Under the pieces are notes generated by a model that saw only the letters and a program-made list of their open reading frames with translations, made no database searches and was not told the DNA's origin. A DNA stretch of 62,799 nucleotides, filler included, from Candidatus Fermentibacterota bacterium (GTDB taxonomy: Bacteria; JAFGKV01): assembly GCA_016928395.1 (NCBI GenBank). It is 5 parts of 5 records of this genome, joined end to end, with 100 filler letters (N's around TTAATTAATTAA, not from the genome) between each part and the next. Parts side by side here need not be neighbours in the genome. Positions count along the whole stretch, not along the records: positions 1 to 19,635 come from JAFGKV010000159.1; 4 more parts are not named here. One strand, written 5' to 3'. Both the position numbers and the translations under genes were made by a program. Below, in pieces: positions 1-10,242 of the stretch (position 1 is its first letter; every line of letters begins with the position of its first letter).

Positions 1-50
1 AGCATCTGCGCCGCAATGTAGGCCGCGCTGACAACGATGGCGGGTGTCAC
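1..50 (-). CDS. 5' fragment of a membrane protein, possibly queuosine-precursor transporter (YhhQ/VUT family); runs off window
   Basis: GTG at 50, just after the stop of the preceding gene; reads MTPAIVVSAAYIAAQML, resembling the N-terminal TM of VUT proteins. Very short. Confidence 0.3.
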   Translation of the reverse strand, partial: MTPAIVVSAAYIAAQM

Positions 51-54
51 GGAT

Positions 55-1356
55 TCAGCTCGTCGTGGTGGCTCGCGCCACAGGCCAGGGCGCCAGCCCA
101 GCAAGGGCTTGGCCTGCCAGGAGTGCAAGGAATGGCGCGATCATGCCACGGTACACGAACCCCGCCGCGGTGAGGGCATGGAGTCCCAGGAACAGCATGA
201 CAAAAATGGCGATTGCCTGGGGCAACCCTGGAAACGAAGCGGCACGCCACGCACCGATGCAGGCCAGCACCAGAAGGGGTATGTAAAAGAGGGCGGAGGC
301 CAAACGAACAGGCGTCGGGGCATGCAATGGCCAGGGGGAAAGCATCTGAGTGATGCGGACTCCCACCAAGTCGGCATAGATCAGTGGATTGGCCTGGGCA
401 AATCCCATAAAACGCGCCGTGAGGAGCCGGTCTCGTATCCACTCCGGTTCCGTGGTGAACGAAGGAAACGGCAGGAGGTCCGCGCGGCGAACGGACGATT
501 CATGACGTCGCCTGATGGGATCGTAGAGCACCCGGCTCGGCGCGGGTTCAGACCACAGGTACTCGGGCCCCATCTTCTGATTGTTGAACTCCCAGAGATT
601 ACGCCCGCCGTTGGTGGTGAATAGGAGGGGTCGGCCCAGACTCGCGGTGTTCCTGGCCACCCACGGCGATACCGCCAGGATGGCGCCCGCAGTCAAGACG
701 ATGACGTGGCGGGTTCCTCCCTGTTTCCAGGCCGCACACCCCAGCAGCGGCACCAACAACCATGCGGTGGGTCTTGCCAGAAAGGCGATGCCGCATCCCA
801 CCCCCGCGAGAAGAGCGGCGCGAAGAGAACCGCCGGCACGGCTCAGAATCCAGACCGGAAGCAACGCGGTGAATGCCGCCAGGCAATGGGTGGATATCTC
901 AGCCGATTGGAATGCAGCCAATGGATCGAACACCGCCAGGACCGCCACCACCAAGGAGCTCGCCGGTGACCACCGGCGGGCCGTGGCGTAGGCAAGGGTC
1001 GCGGTGGCAGATCCAATGAGCACACCCGCGCACCGTGCCACCCATAACCCCGCGGGCAGCCGAACAAATACACTCAGGAAGAGGGGATACAGCGGCGGCA
1101 GGAAGGCGGTGGGCTTTCCCGGGGGAACCACACCCCATACCCCGCCCACCTCGGACCACTGCGCAAGAGTGCGCCGCAGGATCGGAGGCGTATCGGCCTT
1201 GGCGGAAAGCAGAGTATCCGAGAGAGACAGACCACGCCCCGCCGCGATATTGCCCGCCGCATCCAGAAGGATAACGCCTTCACCCAAGGGAGCTCTGGAT
1301 GCTGCGACCAAGGCCAGGCAGCGCACCAGCATCGCCGCTGCCAGCACTGCCCACAC
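55..1356 (-). CDS. GT-C fold membrane glycosyltransferase (ArnT/PMT, family 39-like)
   Basis: Multi-TM ORF with PPLYPLFL, LARP and PWxxRN motifs. Start moved to GTG 1356 to avoid the overlap with the epimerase (approximate). Confidence 0.7.
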   Translation of the reverse strand: MWAVLAAAMLVRCLALVAASRAPLGEGVILLDAAGNIAAGRGLSLSDTLLSAKADTPPILRRTLAQWSEVGGVWGVVPPGKPTAFLPPLYPLFLSVFVRLPAGLWVARCAGVLIGSATATLAYATARRWSPASSLVVAVLAVFDPLAAFQSAEISTHCLAAFTALLPVWILSRAGGSLRAALLAGVGCGIAFLARPTAWLLVPLLGCAAWKQGGTRHVIVLTAGAILAVSPWVARNTASLGRPLLFTTNGGRNLWEFNNQKMGPEYLWSEPAPSRVLYDPIRRRHESSVRRADLLPFPSFTTEPEWIRDRLLTARFMGFAQANPLIYADLVGVRITQMLSPWPLHAPTPVRLASALFYIPLLVLACIGAWRAASFPGLPQAIAIFVMLFLGLHALTAAGFVYRGMIAPFLALLAGQALAGLAPWPVARATTTS

Positions 1357-1381
1357 GGAGGGGCCTAGAGCGTGCGGGGTA

Positions 1382-2347
1382 CTATACGTGGAAACCGTGT
1401 GGGTTTGCCCGGTAGTACTCAACGGCACGGGCGATCCCGGTGTCCAGTGCGATTTCCGGCGTCCATCCCAAATCCTGCTTCGCTCGCCGGGCGTCAAGAC
1501 AGATCCGTTCAACCTCTCCGAGCCTGCGAGGCGCATACCGCGGCTCGACGTTGCTGCCTACTGCGGCGCGCACAGTATCGAAGATGGTGAAATCGGTCAC
1601 TTCGGTGCCCCAGCCCAGATTGTAGACGCCGACCACCGTTCCGTCCAAGCCGATGAGGTTGGCGCGGACGATGTCCTTGATGAACACGTAGTCGCGGGTC
1701 TTGGATCCGTCACCAAAGATGACCGGCTGGATGCCGGTCAGCATTTGAAGGCTGAAGATTGCCACGACGCCGGCTTCGCCGTGGGGATCTTGGCGGGGGC
1801 CGTACACATTGGGGAATCGAAGGGCAAGGTACGAGACGCCATGGTTTTGCCAGTAGAGACGCAGATAGTGCTCCACGGTATGTTTGGAGATGCCGTACTG
1901 ACTGATGGGGTTGATGGGGTGGTTCTCGTCGGCCGGCAGATGCTCAGGCTCCCCATAGATGGCGCCACCGGTGGAGGCGTACACGATACGTCTCGCGCCA
2001 TGCATCCGGCACATCTCCAAGAGGTGAATAGAACCCAGTATGTTTGCCTGGGCATCGTAGATGGGTTCACGAACCGACCGTCGTACATCCATCTGCGCGG
2101 CAAGGTGAAACACGGCCTCAGGCTCGTGGGAGGAGAATACCTCGCGGAGTCTCTCATCTCTGATGTCGAGCTGGTAGAACCTCGCCCTCTCGCTGACATT
2201 TTCGCGGTGACCCGTGGAGAGATCGTCCACTACGACGACCTCGTGGCCCGCATCCAGGAGTGCGTCTTGGATGTGTGACCCGATGAAACCGGCGCCGCCG
2301 GTAACCAGAACTCTCACGACCTCATCTACCTCCTCACCGCCCGCCAA
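1382..2347 (-). CDS. NAD-dependent epimerase/dehydratase (UDP-glucose 4-epimerase-like)
   Basis: VLVTGGAGFIGSH, YGISK (YxxxK), NVYGPRQ, GDGSKTRDYV. Confidence 0.92.
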   Translation of the reverse strand: MAGGEEVDEVVRVLVTGGAGFIGSHIQDALLDAGHEVVVVDDLSTGHRENVSERARFYQLDIRDERLREVFSSHEPEAVFHLAAQMDVRRSVREPIYDAQANILGSIHLLEMCRMHGARRIVYASTGGAIYGEPEHLPADENHPINPISQYGISKHTVEHYLRLYWQNHGVSYLALRFPNVYGPRQDPHGEAGVVAIFSLQMLTGIQPVIFGDGSKTRDYVFIKDIVRANLIGLDGTVVGVYNLGWGTEVTDFTIFDTVRAAVGSNVEPRYAPRRLGEVERICLDARRAKQDLGWTPEIALDTGIARAVEYYRANPHGFHV

Positions 2348-3077
2348 GGGACGGGCTCCACCCGTGCATCCTATCCGATACGTGATTTCCGCAACGGGCG
2401 ACGATCAGCACATGCGGGTGAAGATATCCCCGCCACATGGGAACGCTCTTTGCCTGCAGGCCGTGGCGTCGGCACAATGCCACCCACTCGGACGAGCTTC
2501 GGAAGAAGAACTCACGGCCCAATGTGATGCGTAGGACCCTTACCGCCAACCACTCCTGGAATCGGTTGACCGTCTGCCGGATCGTACGCGCCGGTTCCAT
2601 GGTTTTAATGAACAGGAGCCCTCCCGGCTGCAAAGCCGAGGCAATCGCTGCAATGAACACCTCTTGCCTATCAGGCTCAAGGAGATAGAGCACGTCAAGG
2701 ACGACGGCGCAGGCGACATTGCGCACGGGTAACTCCTCGGCCCATGCCTGTACAAGAGCCACGCCGGGGGGCAGACAGCACCGGGCGCGGGAGAGCGAAC
2801 GGGCGCTGGGCTCGATGCCCACGAGTTCGCGTTTCCCGATTTCGTGGCAGTACCGAAGGAAATGGCCCTGGCCACAGCCTATGTCCACGATGACTCCCTC
2901 GGGAGGAAGCATGGCGGCCACCTGCACAAGAGGCGCCGATACGAACCGCCAGAGCGCTCTGGTCAACGGCCACGGGCCCTGAGATGCATACGCGCGAAGG
3001 GTTCGAACCACTGCCTCCGAACGTGAACAGGAAACATCCCCAAGGGTGGAGGCTTCGGTGCAGCAGAAGCCCGTCAT
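2334..3077 (-). CDS. Class I SAM-dependent methyltransferase
   Basis: IVDIGCGQG motif I, GIEPS, LQPGGLL; true start may be downstream. Confidence 0.82.
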   Translation of the reverse strand: MTGFCCTEASTLGDVSCSRSEAVVRTLRAYASQGPWPLTRALWRFVSAPLVQVAAMLPPEGVIVDIGCGQGHFLRYCHEIGKRELVGIEPSARSLSRARCCLPPGVALVQAWAEELPVRNVACAVVLDVLYLLEPDRQEVFIAAIASALQPGGLLFIKTMEPARTIRQTVNRFQEWLAVRVLRITLGREFFFRSSSEWVALCRRHGLQAKSVPMWRGYLHPHVLIVARCGNHVSDRMHGWSPSLGGR

Positions 3078-3796
3078 CGTCGGATCCTGCGCCGGGTGTG
3101 CCGATAGGCACTCATCTCAACGAGAATGCCCCGGATGACCCGGGGTGATGCCAAAGTGGAGGTTCCCCACACCCGGGGCGTATATCGGACTCCCATTTCG
3201 CCCACCGCGAAGCCGGCGGCAACGGTCTCTGCCAGGAGCTCCACATCGATGAACGAACCTCGCGATCGGAGTTCGACGGCCTCCAGCACGCCTCGTTTGA
3301 CGAGTTTGAACGAGAAGTTGACGTCGCGCACCCCCAACCCAAACAGCCAGCTCACCAGACGATTGTACGCCCACGAATACAGAGCCCTGCGCACGCCCTC
3401 ATCACGGTTCAGACGGTAGCCGGCCACCAGGTCGTACCGCGACATCAAGGGAACAGCAGGCGCCAAATCCGCCATGTCAATGGGGAGATCTGAATCGGTG
3501 TAAAACACCAGTTCCCCTCGCGAGGCCTCGAACCCCGCGCGCATGGATCCGCCCAGCCCCAGATTGCGGGAGTTGGTCACGACCCGCACATGGCGGTCAC
3601 GGCGGGCATAGGCCAAAGCCAGCTCACCCGTGCGATCCCGTGAGCAATCATCCACGACGATGACTTCGAAATCCCGGGCGCATGAGGGCAGTACCGCCAG
3701 TGCGTGGGAAATCGCCGTTTCGATGTTGCCTTCCTCGTTGTAGGCCGGCAGCACCACTGACAGGGTGTGAGGACCCATGAAGTCGGCAAGACGCAT
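3074..3796 (-). CDS. Glycosyltransferase family 2 (DPM-synthase-like)
   Basis: SVVLPAYNEE, VVDDCSRDRT, YTDSD; start taken at MRLADFM. Confidence 0.9.
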   Translation of the reverse strand: MRLADFMGPHTLSVVLPAYNEEGNIETAISHALAVLPSCARDFEVIVVDDCSRDRTGELALAYARRDRHVRVVTNSRNLGLGGSMRAGFEASRGELVFYTDSDLPIDMADLAPAVPLMSRYDLVAGYRLNRDEGVRRALYSWAYNRLVSWLFGLGVRDVNFSFKLVKRGVLEAVELRSRGSFIDVELLAETVAAGFAVGEMGVRYTPRVWGTSTLASPRVIRGILVEMSAYRHTRRRIRR

Positions 3797-3797
3797 C

Positions 3798-5225
3798 TCA
3801 GTAGTAGCTCGATGAAAAGTAGGAGCGGAGCGAACTGAGGTATTCCCGTATGGTGAGCCGGTAGGGCATCTCCCGGTGCTTGACGGCATACCCCTTCCAA
3901 ATCTTGTCGGTCAGAGCGTAGACTCGGCTCAGAGGGAGCCGCAGCAAGAGCGGCAGAATCCTCAGTAGCCCAGGCCATTCCACGATAAGGGGAAACAGCA
4001 TGCGTAGTCGCTCCATGCGAGTTCGATCGGGGAGTCGGAGCAGGCTGCGATGGAAGAAGGATGTGTGCTCGGCATTGGAAGGATCGCCCAGCACGAGCCC
4101 ATGCTGCTTCACGTAGTCGCCTATCTCGGTCCTGGGATACGGCTGAAGAAGGGTGGCGAAGGCATAGCCGGGCTTGCACTGGATGTTCAGCTTAAGCGTC
4201 TCCATCGCCTGCTCGATGGTTTCGCCCGGATTTCCCAGGATGTTCTGTGTCACCAGCACGATGCCCGCGTCGCGCACCATGGTTGTGGCCTCAATGATCT
4301 GTTCCCGGCTCATACCCCGCTTCAGAAGGGTGTTGCGGATTTCGTCGTCCGCCGACTCGATGGCCATCTTTATGCTGACGCAGCCCGCCTCGGCCAACGC
4401 CGTCACGATCTCTTTGGTGACTAGATTGGCCCGGAGGTGGCAATGAAACGGGACGCCGATTTCGCTGCGATAGCGTCGTGAGAAGTCGGCGACCCACTCG
4501 GGATCCAAGATGAAGATGTCGTCCTGGAACACAACCAACTCGACCGGATAGGATTCCTTGAGTTTTCGAAGCTCGGTCATGACGTTGTCCACGGATCGCC
4601 GCCGGATCATGCGTCCATCAAAGTCGTAGAGCTGGTTGTAGGCATGGTTGAAGCAGTAGGAACACCGGAAGGGGCACCCCCGGCCGGCCATGACGAACGG
4701 AGTCTTGAGGGTCATGCGGTTCGAGTAGGGATGCCACAGCGTACGGTCGGGAAAAGGAATGCTGTCCAGGTTCTGGATGCGAGGCCTCAGGGGATTGCGG
4801 ATAATCCCTTGTGCAGGAGTGCGAACCCAGAAGTTCCTGATTCTGGTGGGGTCGTTTCCCTCTTCCAGGGTGTCGAGGAATTCAACGAAGGCCTCCTCGC
4901 CTTCGCCCATGCAGATGGCATCTAGTGCCTCGGTAGTCTCGATCACCTCGGGGAAGAAGGTCGGATGTGCACCACCCATGACCACGGTCAGTGACGGTAT
5001 CGCCTGCTTCAAGGCCCGGGCCAAGGCTAGGTACTTCAGGTGAAATCCCGTGGTGGCGGTGAAGCCCACTACATCTGCCCCCCATGAGCGGGCCAGGGAG
5101 ACGATGTCGTCATGCAGCAGAACTCCCAGGCGAACCTCGTGGCCGGCCGCGCGGGCCACGGCGCCCAGGTATCCCGCGCCCAAGGGCATGGTCAGACAGT
5201 CATGCACTACCAGCACTACCTTCAT
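3798..5225 (-). CDS. B12-binding radical SAM protein
   Basis: PLGAGYL, GGAHPT, GEGEE, RGCPFRCSYC (CxxxCxxC); start MKVVLV overlaps the upstream stop. Confidence 0.9.
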   Translation of the reverse strand: MKVVLVVHDCLTMPLGAGYLGAVARAAGHEVRLGVLLHDDIVSLARSWGADVVGFTATTGFHLKYLALARALKQAIPSLTVVMGGAHPTFFPEVIETTEALDAICMGEGEEAFVEFLDTLEEGNDPTRIRNFWVRTPAQGIIRNPLRPRIQNLDSIPFPDRTLWHPYSNRMTLKTPFVMAGRGCPFRCSYCFNHAYNQLYDFDGRMIRRRSVDNVMTELRKLKESYPVELVVFQDDIFILDPEWVADFSRRYRSEIGVPFHCHLRANLVTKEIVTALAEAGCVSIKMAIESADDEIRNTLLKRGMSREQIIEATTMVRDAGIVLVTQNILGNPGETIEQAMETLKLNIQCKPGYAFATLLQPYPRTEIGDYVKQHGLVLGDPSNAEHTSFFHRSLLRLPDRTRMERLRMLFPLIVEWPGLLRILPLLLRLPLSRVYALTDKIWKGYAVKHREMPYRLTIREYLSSLRSYFSSSYY

Positions 5226-6583
5226 ACGCGCCGTGCCTTCATCAGCGTACGGCCAAGACCGGTCGGAGTCATCACCATGCGGGAGGTATACGCCCATCGA
5301 CGGGGGTGAAGGTAGAAACGATAGTACGCCAGCTTCTTCTGTCGTTCGATCCACCCTGGCGACACACCGTGCAGGTTGCGAAATACGCACTTCTGGAAGC
5401 AATCGAAGTCGGCGAAATCCGCCGTCACGTGAGCGCTCCACTTGTTGTACATGTGTGTCTGAGGAAACGGCGTCGCGATATCGAACACCGCATCGTCGAT
5501 GTCGAGACCGACCGCGTAGCGGATTGTCTCGTGCATGTCCTCCCGGGTTTCGATTGGCACCCCCAGAATGAAATAGCCCTGTACCTTGATGCCCAGCTTC
5601 CGGCACAAGGATACCACGCGGTCGACATCCTGGCGAGTGATCTGCTTCTGATAGGCCTCGTCGAGGATTCGCTGGACGCCCGACTCAATGCCGATATTGA
5701 CCTTGCGCAGGCCTGCGGCGGTCATCTGGGCCAAGAGTTCCTCATCCACCAGGTCCGCACGGATATTACAGCACCAGAGCATATTCAGAGGCCGCAGCGC
5801 ATCGCACACGGCGAGTACCCACTTCCGGTCCAGCACAAACGTGGAGTCCTCGAACATGAACCCCTCGATGCTGTAGGTATCCCGCAACTGCTCCAGTTCG
5901 TGTACGATGTTGCCAGGGCTTCTCTTGCGGATTCTGGTGCCGAACAGCATCGACAGCGTCGGCTGACAGAAGCTGCAACGGTAGGGACAGCCACGGCTGG
6001 CCATGATGCCGGTGCCCCGCATCTTGGGCGACACCGCATCCAGGGAGTACCAGTAGCGGAGATAGCTTTCCATTGGCACCAGATGACGCGCGGGAAAGGG
6101 GAGAGAATCGAGGTCGGCGATGGGCAGGGGCGGACCGGTGGAGATCAGTGTATCCCCCTGGCGAAACGTAAGCCCCGGCAGATCGCGCCGTGAGGGATCA
6201 TCGGCCAGGGCCGGGAGCACTTCTTCGCCTTCGCCGGCTACCGCGATGTCGACCTCCGGCTTGGCGGCGGTTTCGGCAGGCATCACCGTGGGATGAGCGC
6301 CCCCCCACACAATCAGTGCCTTCGGCGCAGCCTGGCGTACGATACGACTTACGTAGCTGGCGGGCGTCAGATGAGTGGTCACCACGGAGAGGCCGACGAT
6401 GTCGAACTGGCGGCGTCTGAGAAGGCGTCTCAGTTCGGTGAGAGGTCTTTGGGTATGCACCAGATCAAGGATCGCCACGTCATGGCCGCGCGCTTCCAGT
6501 GCCCCCGCGCAGTATCCTAACCCCAGGGGAACCTGCCCGTTTTTGTAGTGGGTCTCCGGGAATACGAGAAGAACCGAACTCAC
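5222..6583 (-). CDS. B12-binding radical SAM protein
   Basis: PLGLGY, WGGAHPT, SRGCPYRCSFC, GIESG. Confidence 0.92.
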   Translation of the reverse strand: MSSVLLVFPETHYKNGQVPLGLGYCAGALEARGHDVAILDLVHTQRPLTELRRLLRRRQFDIVGLSVVTTHLTPASYVSRIVRQAAPKALIVWGGAHPTVMPAETAAKPEVDIAVAGEGEEVLPALADDPSRRDLPGLTFRQGDTLISTGPPLPIADLDSLPFPARHLVPMESYLRYWYSLDAVSPKMRGTGIMASRGCPYRCSFCQPTLSMLFGTRIRKRSPGNIVHELEQLRDTYSIEGFMFEDSTFVLDRKWVLAVCDALRPLNMLWCCNIRADLVDEELLAQMTAAGLRKVNIGIESGVQRILDEAYQKQITRQDVDRVVSLCRKLGIKVQGYFILGVPIETREDMHETIRYAVGLDIDDAVFDIATPFPQTHMYNKWSAHVTADFADFDCFQKCVFRNLHGVSPGWIERQKKLAYYRFYLHPRRWAYTSRMVMTPTGLGRTLMKARRV

Positions 6584-6584
6584 T

Positions 6585-7331
6585 TCATCCGTTCCTTAAC
6601 TCGGGCCACAACCGCGCGATTTCGGCGAAGATCCTGAACGGGACCGAAGGCTTCACCAATCCCAAACGTCTCGTGCCGGAAAACTCATAGCTCACATTGC
6701 CCAAGGTTCGATGGAAATGCGAGACGGGAAGCTCCACGATGCGCGCTCCTCGGCGGCGGGCCTTCAGGAGCAGTTCCGCATCCCCCAGCCCTGTGTTTGA
6801 GCACAGCCTGAAGCTCTGCAGAAGGGTGCGGCGTCCCAGCTTGAATGAGCAGTCAATGTCCTTGACCTTGAGCCCGAAGAGGACGCTGATGATGAGGTTG
6901 TACACCCGAGCGACAAAGAGACGAAACGGCGGGTCCTGCCGTTTTCCTCGATACCCGACCACCAGGTCGGCATGCGCCAACTCTGGAATGAAGCGCGCCA
7001 ACTCCTCGACATCGAACTGGTTGTCAGAATCGGTGTAGAAGATCAAGTCCATGCTCGACGCCTCGATCCCGCTGCGCAAAGCCGCGCCATAGCCGAGATT
7101 CCTGCCGTGGTGCACGACGCGGATACCCGTCTGCGTAGCGGCCATTTGGTCGGCCAAGGCTGAGGTTCCATCGGACGAACCATCGTCCACGACTATGATT
7201 TCCCAGTCAGAGGCGAGGCGCTCCAAGACCCCTCGCGTCTTTCCGATGATGACCGGGAGGTTCTGAATCTCATTATAGGTAGGGAAGAATACGGATATCG
7301 TCGGTCTACTCTGGCTCATGCTGGTACTCAT
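6585..7331 (-). CDS. Glycosyltransferase family 2 (DPM-synthase-like)
   Basis: SVFFPTYNE, VDDGSSDGT, NLGYGAAL, TDSDNQF, DIDCSFK. Confidence 0.92.
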   Translation of the reverse strand: MSTSMSQSRPTISVFFPTYNEIQNLPVIIGKTRGVLERLASDWEIIVVDDGSSDGTSALADQMAATQTGIRVVHHGRNLGYGAALRSGIEASSMDLIFYTDSDNQFDVEELARFIPELAHADLVVGYRGKRQDPPFRLFVARVYNLIISVLFGLKVKDIDCSFKLGRRTLLQSFRLCSNTGLGDAELLLKARRRGARIVELPVSHFHRTLGNVSYEFSGTRRLGLVKPSVPFRIFAEIARLWPELRNG

Positions 7332-8203
7332 TCAGCTCGTGCCCTTACCAGAAGCTGGTCCCGCGGGTCGACGGTGACGACACGCGCGCCGGGCACGATT
7401 CGTGACACAGCGCGCCTGAGCGCTCCTCCGGGAATCCACCGCACCAGTTGCGATACGTGGGCGATCTTCGGCAGGGTGCTGACCTCTACCTCGGAAAAGC
7501 CCACAAGGCGCAGAAGGTAGCGTATTCCCCTCCTCGTTGGGTAGTGTAGATGGGGCTCACACACCGACCACCATCGTTCACCCAGCAGTCTGGCAGCCAT
7601 CGATCCACGATCAGGCACTACCAAGGTGAGGATTGCCCCTGCATTCATGTGTTTCCGAACCCGCGACAGCACTGCGACCGGTTCGACCAGATGCTCCAGT
7701 ACATCCCACATGAACACGACGTCGTAGAGGTCATCGTCGCCGAGGCGTTCCACGCCACCCTGACGAACCGACAGACCGGCTTCCTGGCAATGCCCAACAG
7801 CATCATCCGAGAGTTCGAGCCCCTCTGCCTGGATTGAGCGCGCTCGTGCTTCCTCCAGGAGTATCCCGTAGGAGCAGCCGATGTCAAGGAGGGATTGAGG
7901 TGGTCTGCTCAATAGTCGTGCAACGACATCGAGCTCCCGGGCAAACATGATGCGCCGGGGTTGGGCATCGGCGAGATAGGCGAGCTCCCGGCTTGCGCGG
8001 TATCGGCGTTCGAGTCGCTCCTGATCAGGTAGGGGAGCAACGACCCCCCAGCCGCATGAGGGGCATACGAAGATGGCGTCGTGTGCGTTTCTGAGTAAAA
8101 GCCGCCGGGAACCGTAGCAGTCACCCGAGATGCCTTGGCGAGAGCGGAATCGCATGCGGCAGGGGGTGCCGCATGCCGGGCATGCCGGGCATGGCCCGCT
8201 CAC
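7328..8203 (-). CDS. Class I SAM-dependent methyltransferase with N-terminal Cys (Zn) motifs
   Basis: CPACG...CPSCG, LLDIGCSYG, DVLEHL. Confidence 0.85.
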   Translation of the reverse strand: MSGPCPACPACGTPCRMRFRSRQGISGDCYGSRRLLLRNAHDAIFVCPSCGWGVVAPLPDQERLERRYRASRELAYLADAQPRRIMFARELDVVARLLSRPPQSLLDIGCSYGILLEEARARSIQAEGLELSDDAVGHCQEAGLSVRQGGVERLGDDDLYDVVFMWDVLEHLVEPVAVLSRVRKHMNAGAILTLVVPDRGSMAARLLGERWWSVCEPHLHYPTRRGIRYLLRLVGFSEVEVSTLPKIAHVSQLVRWIPGGALRRAVSRIVPGARVVTVDPRDQLLVRARAE

Positions 8204-10242
8204 TGCCTATCCACCGCAAGGCCCATGGCAAGGGACGAAGGGACTGCAGCAGGCCAGTATGCGCCGTCGAACACGGCCCACATGACCAGAAGGCACACAA
8301 GGGGAGCGGCGGGAGGAACCCAGGATGTCCTGCGGCCGGCAGCGGCGCATCCCGCGGCAACAAGCCACCCCAGCCATGCGCCGCCGCCAAAGATGCCTCC
8401 TTCGGCCAGGAGGCGCGCATAGGTGTTGTCGGGTGTAGTGTAGGGCCTGGCCCGCACCACGGGCGGCCCGAATCGCCGTGCGGCCCTTTCATATCTTCCC
8501 CAACCGACTCCCTGCAATGGTTTAGCCCAAAGGGTACGCGCTGTGACCTCTATTCCCGCCATCCGCCGGCCCATGTGCAGGTTTCTCCAGACACCCTGGC
8601 TTCCCCGCCCTCCGGCTACGCCCGCCACGAGCAAAACGACGCCCACCGCGCAGAGCACCCGCCACCGGGACCTGAACAGCCATGCACTTCCCGCTGCGAC
8701 CAACGCGAAGTACGCCCGGGACAGGGTCGCGATGCCGGATGCAATGGTGAGCACACCAAGGCCCAGAATCACGCTGTTTTGTCTTCCTGCAGCCAGAAGA
8801 GCGGCACCTATCGTCGAGGTTGTCATGGCGAAGGCCAACGGATGGACAAAGGCGCCGCCAGCTCGTCCTTCACGAACGATATCGCCATAGGCGCGGCCCA
8901 GCGTGGCTGACAGCGTCCCGTACAGGGGATCATGAGCAGGATCCCGAAACAGGATGGCATGGAGGCCCGACGCCGCGACAACACACGAGACCGCAACGAC
9001 GGCCGGCACGGCACAACCGATTCGACGGAGGAATGCTCCCGCGGCGTATGCGAGGGGTACAGCGGTCAACGACAGCGCGGTCTCAAGACCGGCTCCTCTC
9101 GCCACAATCGTACCGTGGGCGAGGGTGAGCGCGGCACACCCCAGGGCCGCCCGCTCGTCCCAGCGGCCTCCCCGGACACCCCAGGCCGCGATGCCCACAA
9201 GCGGGACAAGGTACCATGGAACCCCCACGTGCCCGATGTCGAATCCGGGCATGAGTTCGGGGTAGGGAAGCAGAATGACGCTACAGGCCGACGCGCAGGC
9301 TCCCGCGCACATCAGTGTTGCGGGATTCGTGAGTCTCGCCGCGCGAAGGGCCACGGCCAGAATCACAATCAAAGCGCCCACGGCGCCCCATCTGGCAGCG
9401 GTGGAACGAAGAAGAAGCGCCCACCCCGACGCCAGAGAGGGAAACGCGATCCAGTCCATGTCGACAACGGCGGGATGATCGATGGGACGAAAGCTCAATG
9501 CCTGTATCTCGCCACGCCAGGCAGAATGGCGATGCAGCGGCAGGCCAAGCTGCACCCAGTCGCCCCATTGATTGACAGGCACCGTCATGTGCCCCGAGGA
9601 CCCATCATCGGTGACCCACTCAAAGCTAGTCGCTCCGATCCCGGAGTTGACACGGTACTGAATCACGACCACGGGGTGGTCGCAGGCTCTCAGGCCAAAC
9701 CGGCGGGAAGTGACTATGCGCCCCGTTCCGTCGCTGCGTACAGTCAGAAACGACTCTCCAGCCTCGGCTTCCGCGTCCTCGACCCTCCACTCCGGTGGGC
9801 AGGCGTCCTGACGGAAGACCCATCCCGCGGTCACGGAGGAATCAAACGGCTCCTGGGGTTCACGGTTCATCCGCTCAATCCAAATGGGTTCTCCGAGCCA
9901 CGTGGTGTGTCCTCCCTCTACGCCGCTGTTCCCCAGCGCTGTGTAGGCAGCGTGAAGCGGCGCCCAATGGCTCAGAATGGTTACTGTGTCAAAGGCGCTA
10001 CTGCGGGGGAGCGCCGCGCGGAGATAGCCCGATGGGGGATCGAACTCGGCAACGAGTCGTTGTCCCTTCAGCAGGACGACGGGCCCAGCCGAGGGAGGAG
10101 CACACCGTAGTTCCACCAGGCTAAACCCTCCCGGCGGTATGGCTCCCGGCACGATGGTCCATTCTCCCGGGGCGCGCGGCACGATGTCGGCGGGCATGGT
10201 CCACGATACGGCAAGCTGTGCCAACACCACGAGGGTAATCAT
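8200..10242 (-). CDS. O-antigen ligase/Wzy_C-like membrane protein with N-terminal extracellular domain
   Basis: C-terminal multi-TM region with RAGGAFVHP, TLSRA, PLQGVGWG, PDNTYARLLAEGGIFG; start MITLVVL coupled to GT4 stop. Confidence 0.7.
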   Translation of the reverse strand: MITLVVLAQLAVSWTMPADIVPRAPGEWTIVPGAIPPGGFSLVELRCAPPSAGPVVLLKGQRLVAEFDPPSGYLRAALPRSSAFDTVTILSHWAPLHAAYTALGNSGVEGGHTTWLGEPIWIERMNREPQEPFDSSVTAGWVFRQDACPPEWRVEDAEAEAGESFLTVRSDGTGRIVTSRRFGLRACDHPVVVIQYRVNSGIGATSFEWVTDDGSSGHMTVPVNQWGDWVQLGLPLHRHSAWRGEIQALSFRPIDHPAVVDMDWIAFPSLASGWALLLRSTAARWGAVGALIVILAVALRAARLTNPATLMCAGACASACSVILLPYPELMPGFDIGHVGVPWYLVPLVGIAAWGVRGGRWDERAALGCAALTLAHGTIVARGAGLETALSLTAVPLAYAAGAFLRRIGCAVPAVVAVSCVVAASGLHAILFRDPAHDPLYGTLSATLGRAYGDIVREGRAGGAFVHPLAFAMTTSTIGAALLAAGRQNSVILGLGVLTIASGIATLSRAYFALVAAGSAWLFRSRWRVLCAVGVVLLVAGVAGGRGSQGVWRNLHMGRRMAGIEVTARTLWAKPLQGVGWGRYERAARRFGPPVVRARPYTTPDNTYARLLAEGGIFGGGAWLGWLVAAGCAAAGRRTSWVPPAAPLVCLLVMWAVFDGAYWPAAVPSSLAMGLAVDRQ

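Noticed and set aside
1004-2278. Long antisense ORFs (also 5084-6193, 8932-10110, 60660-61958)
   Set aside because: Shadow frames opposite well-supported genes, typical of high-GC DNA.
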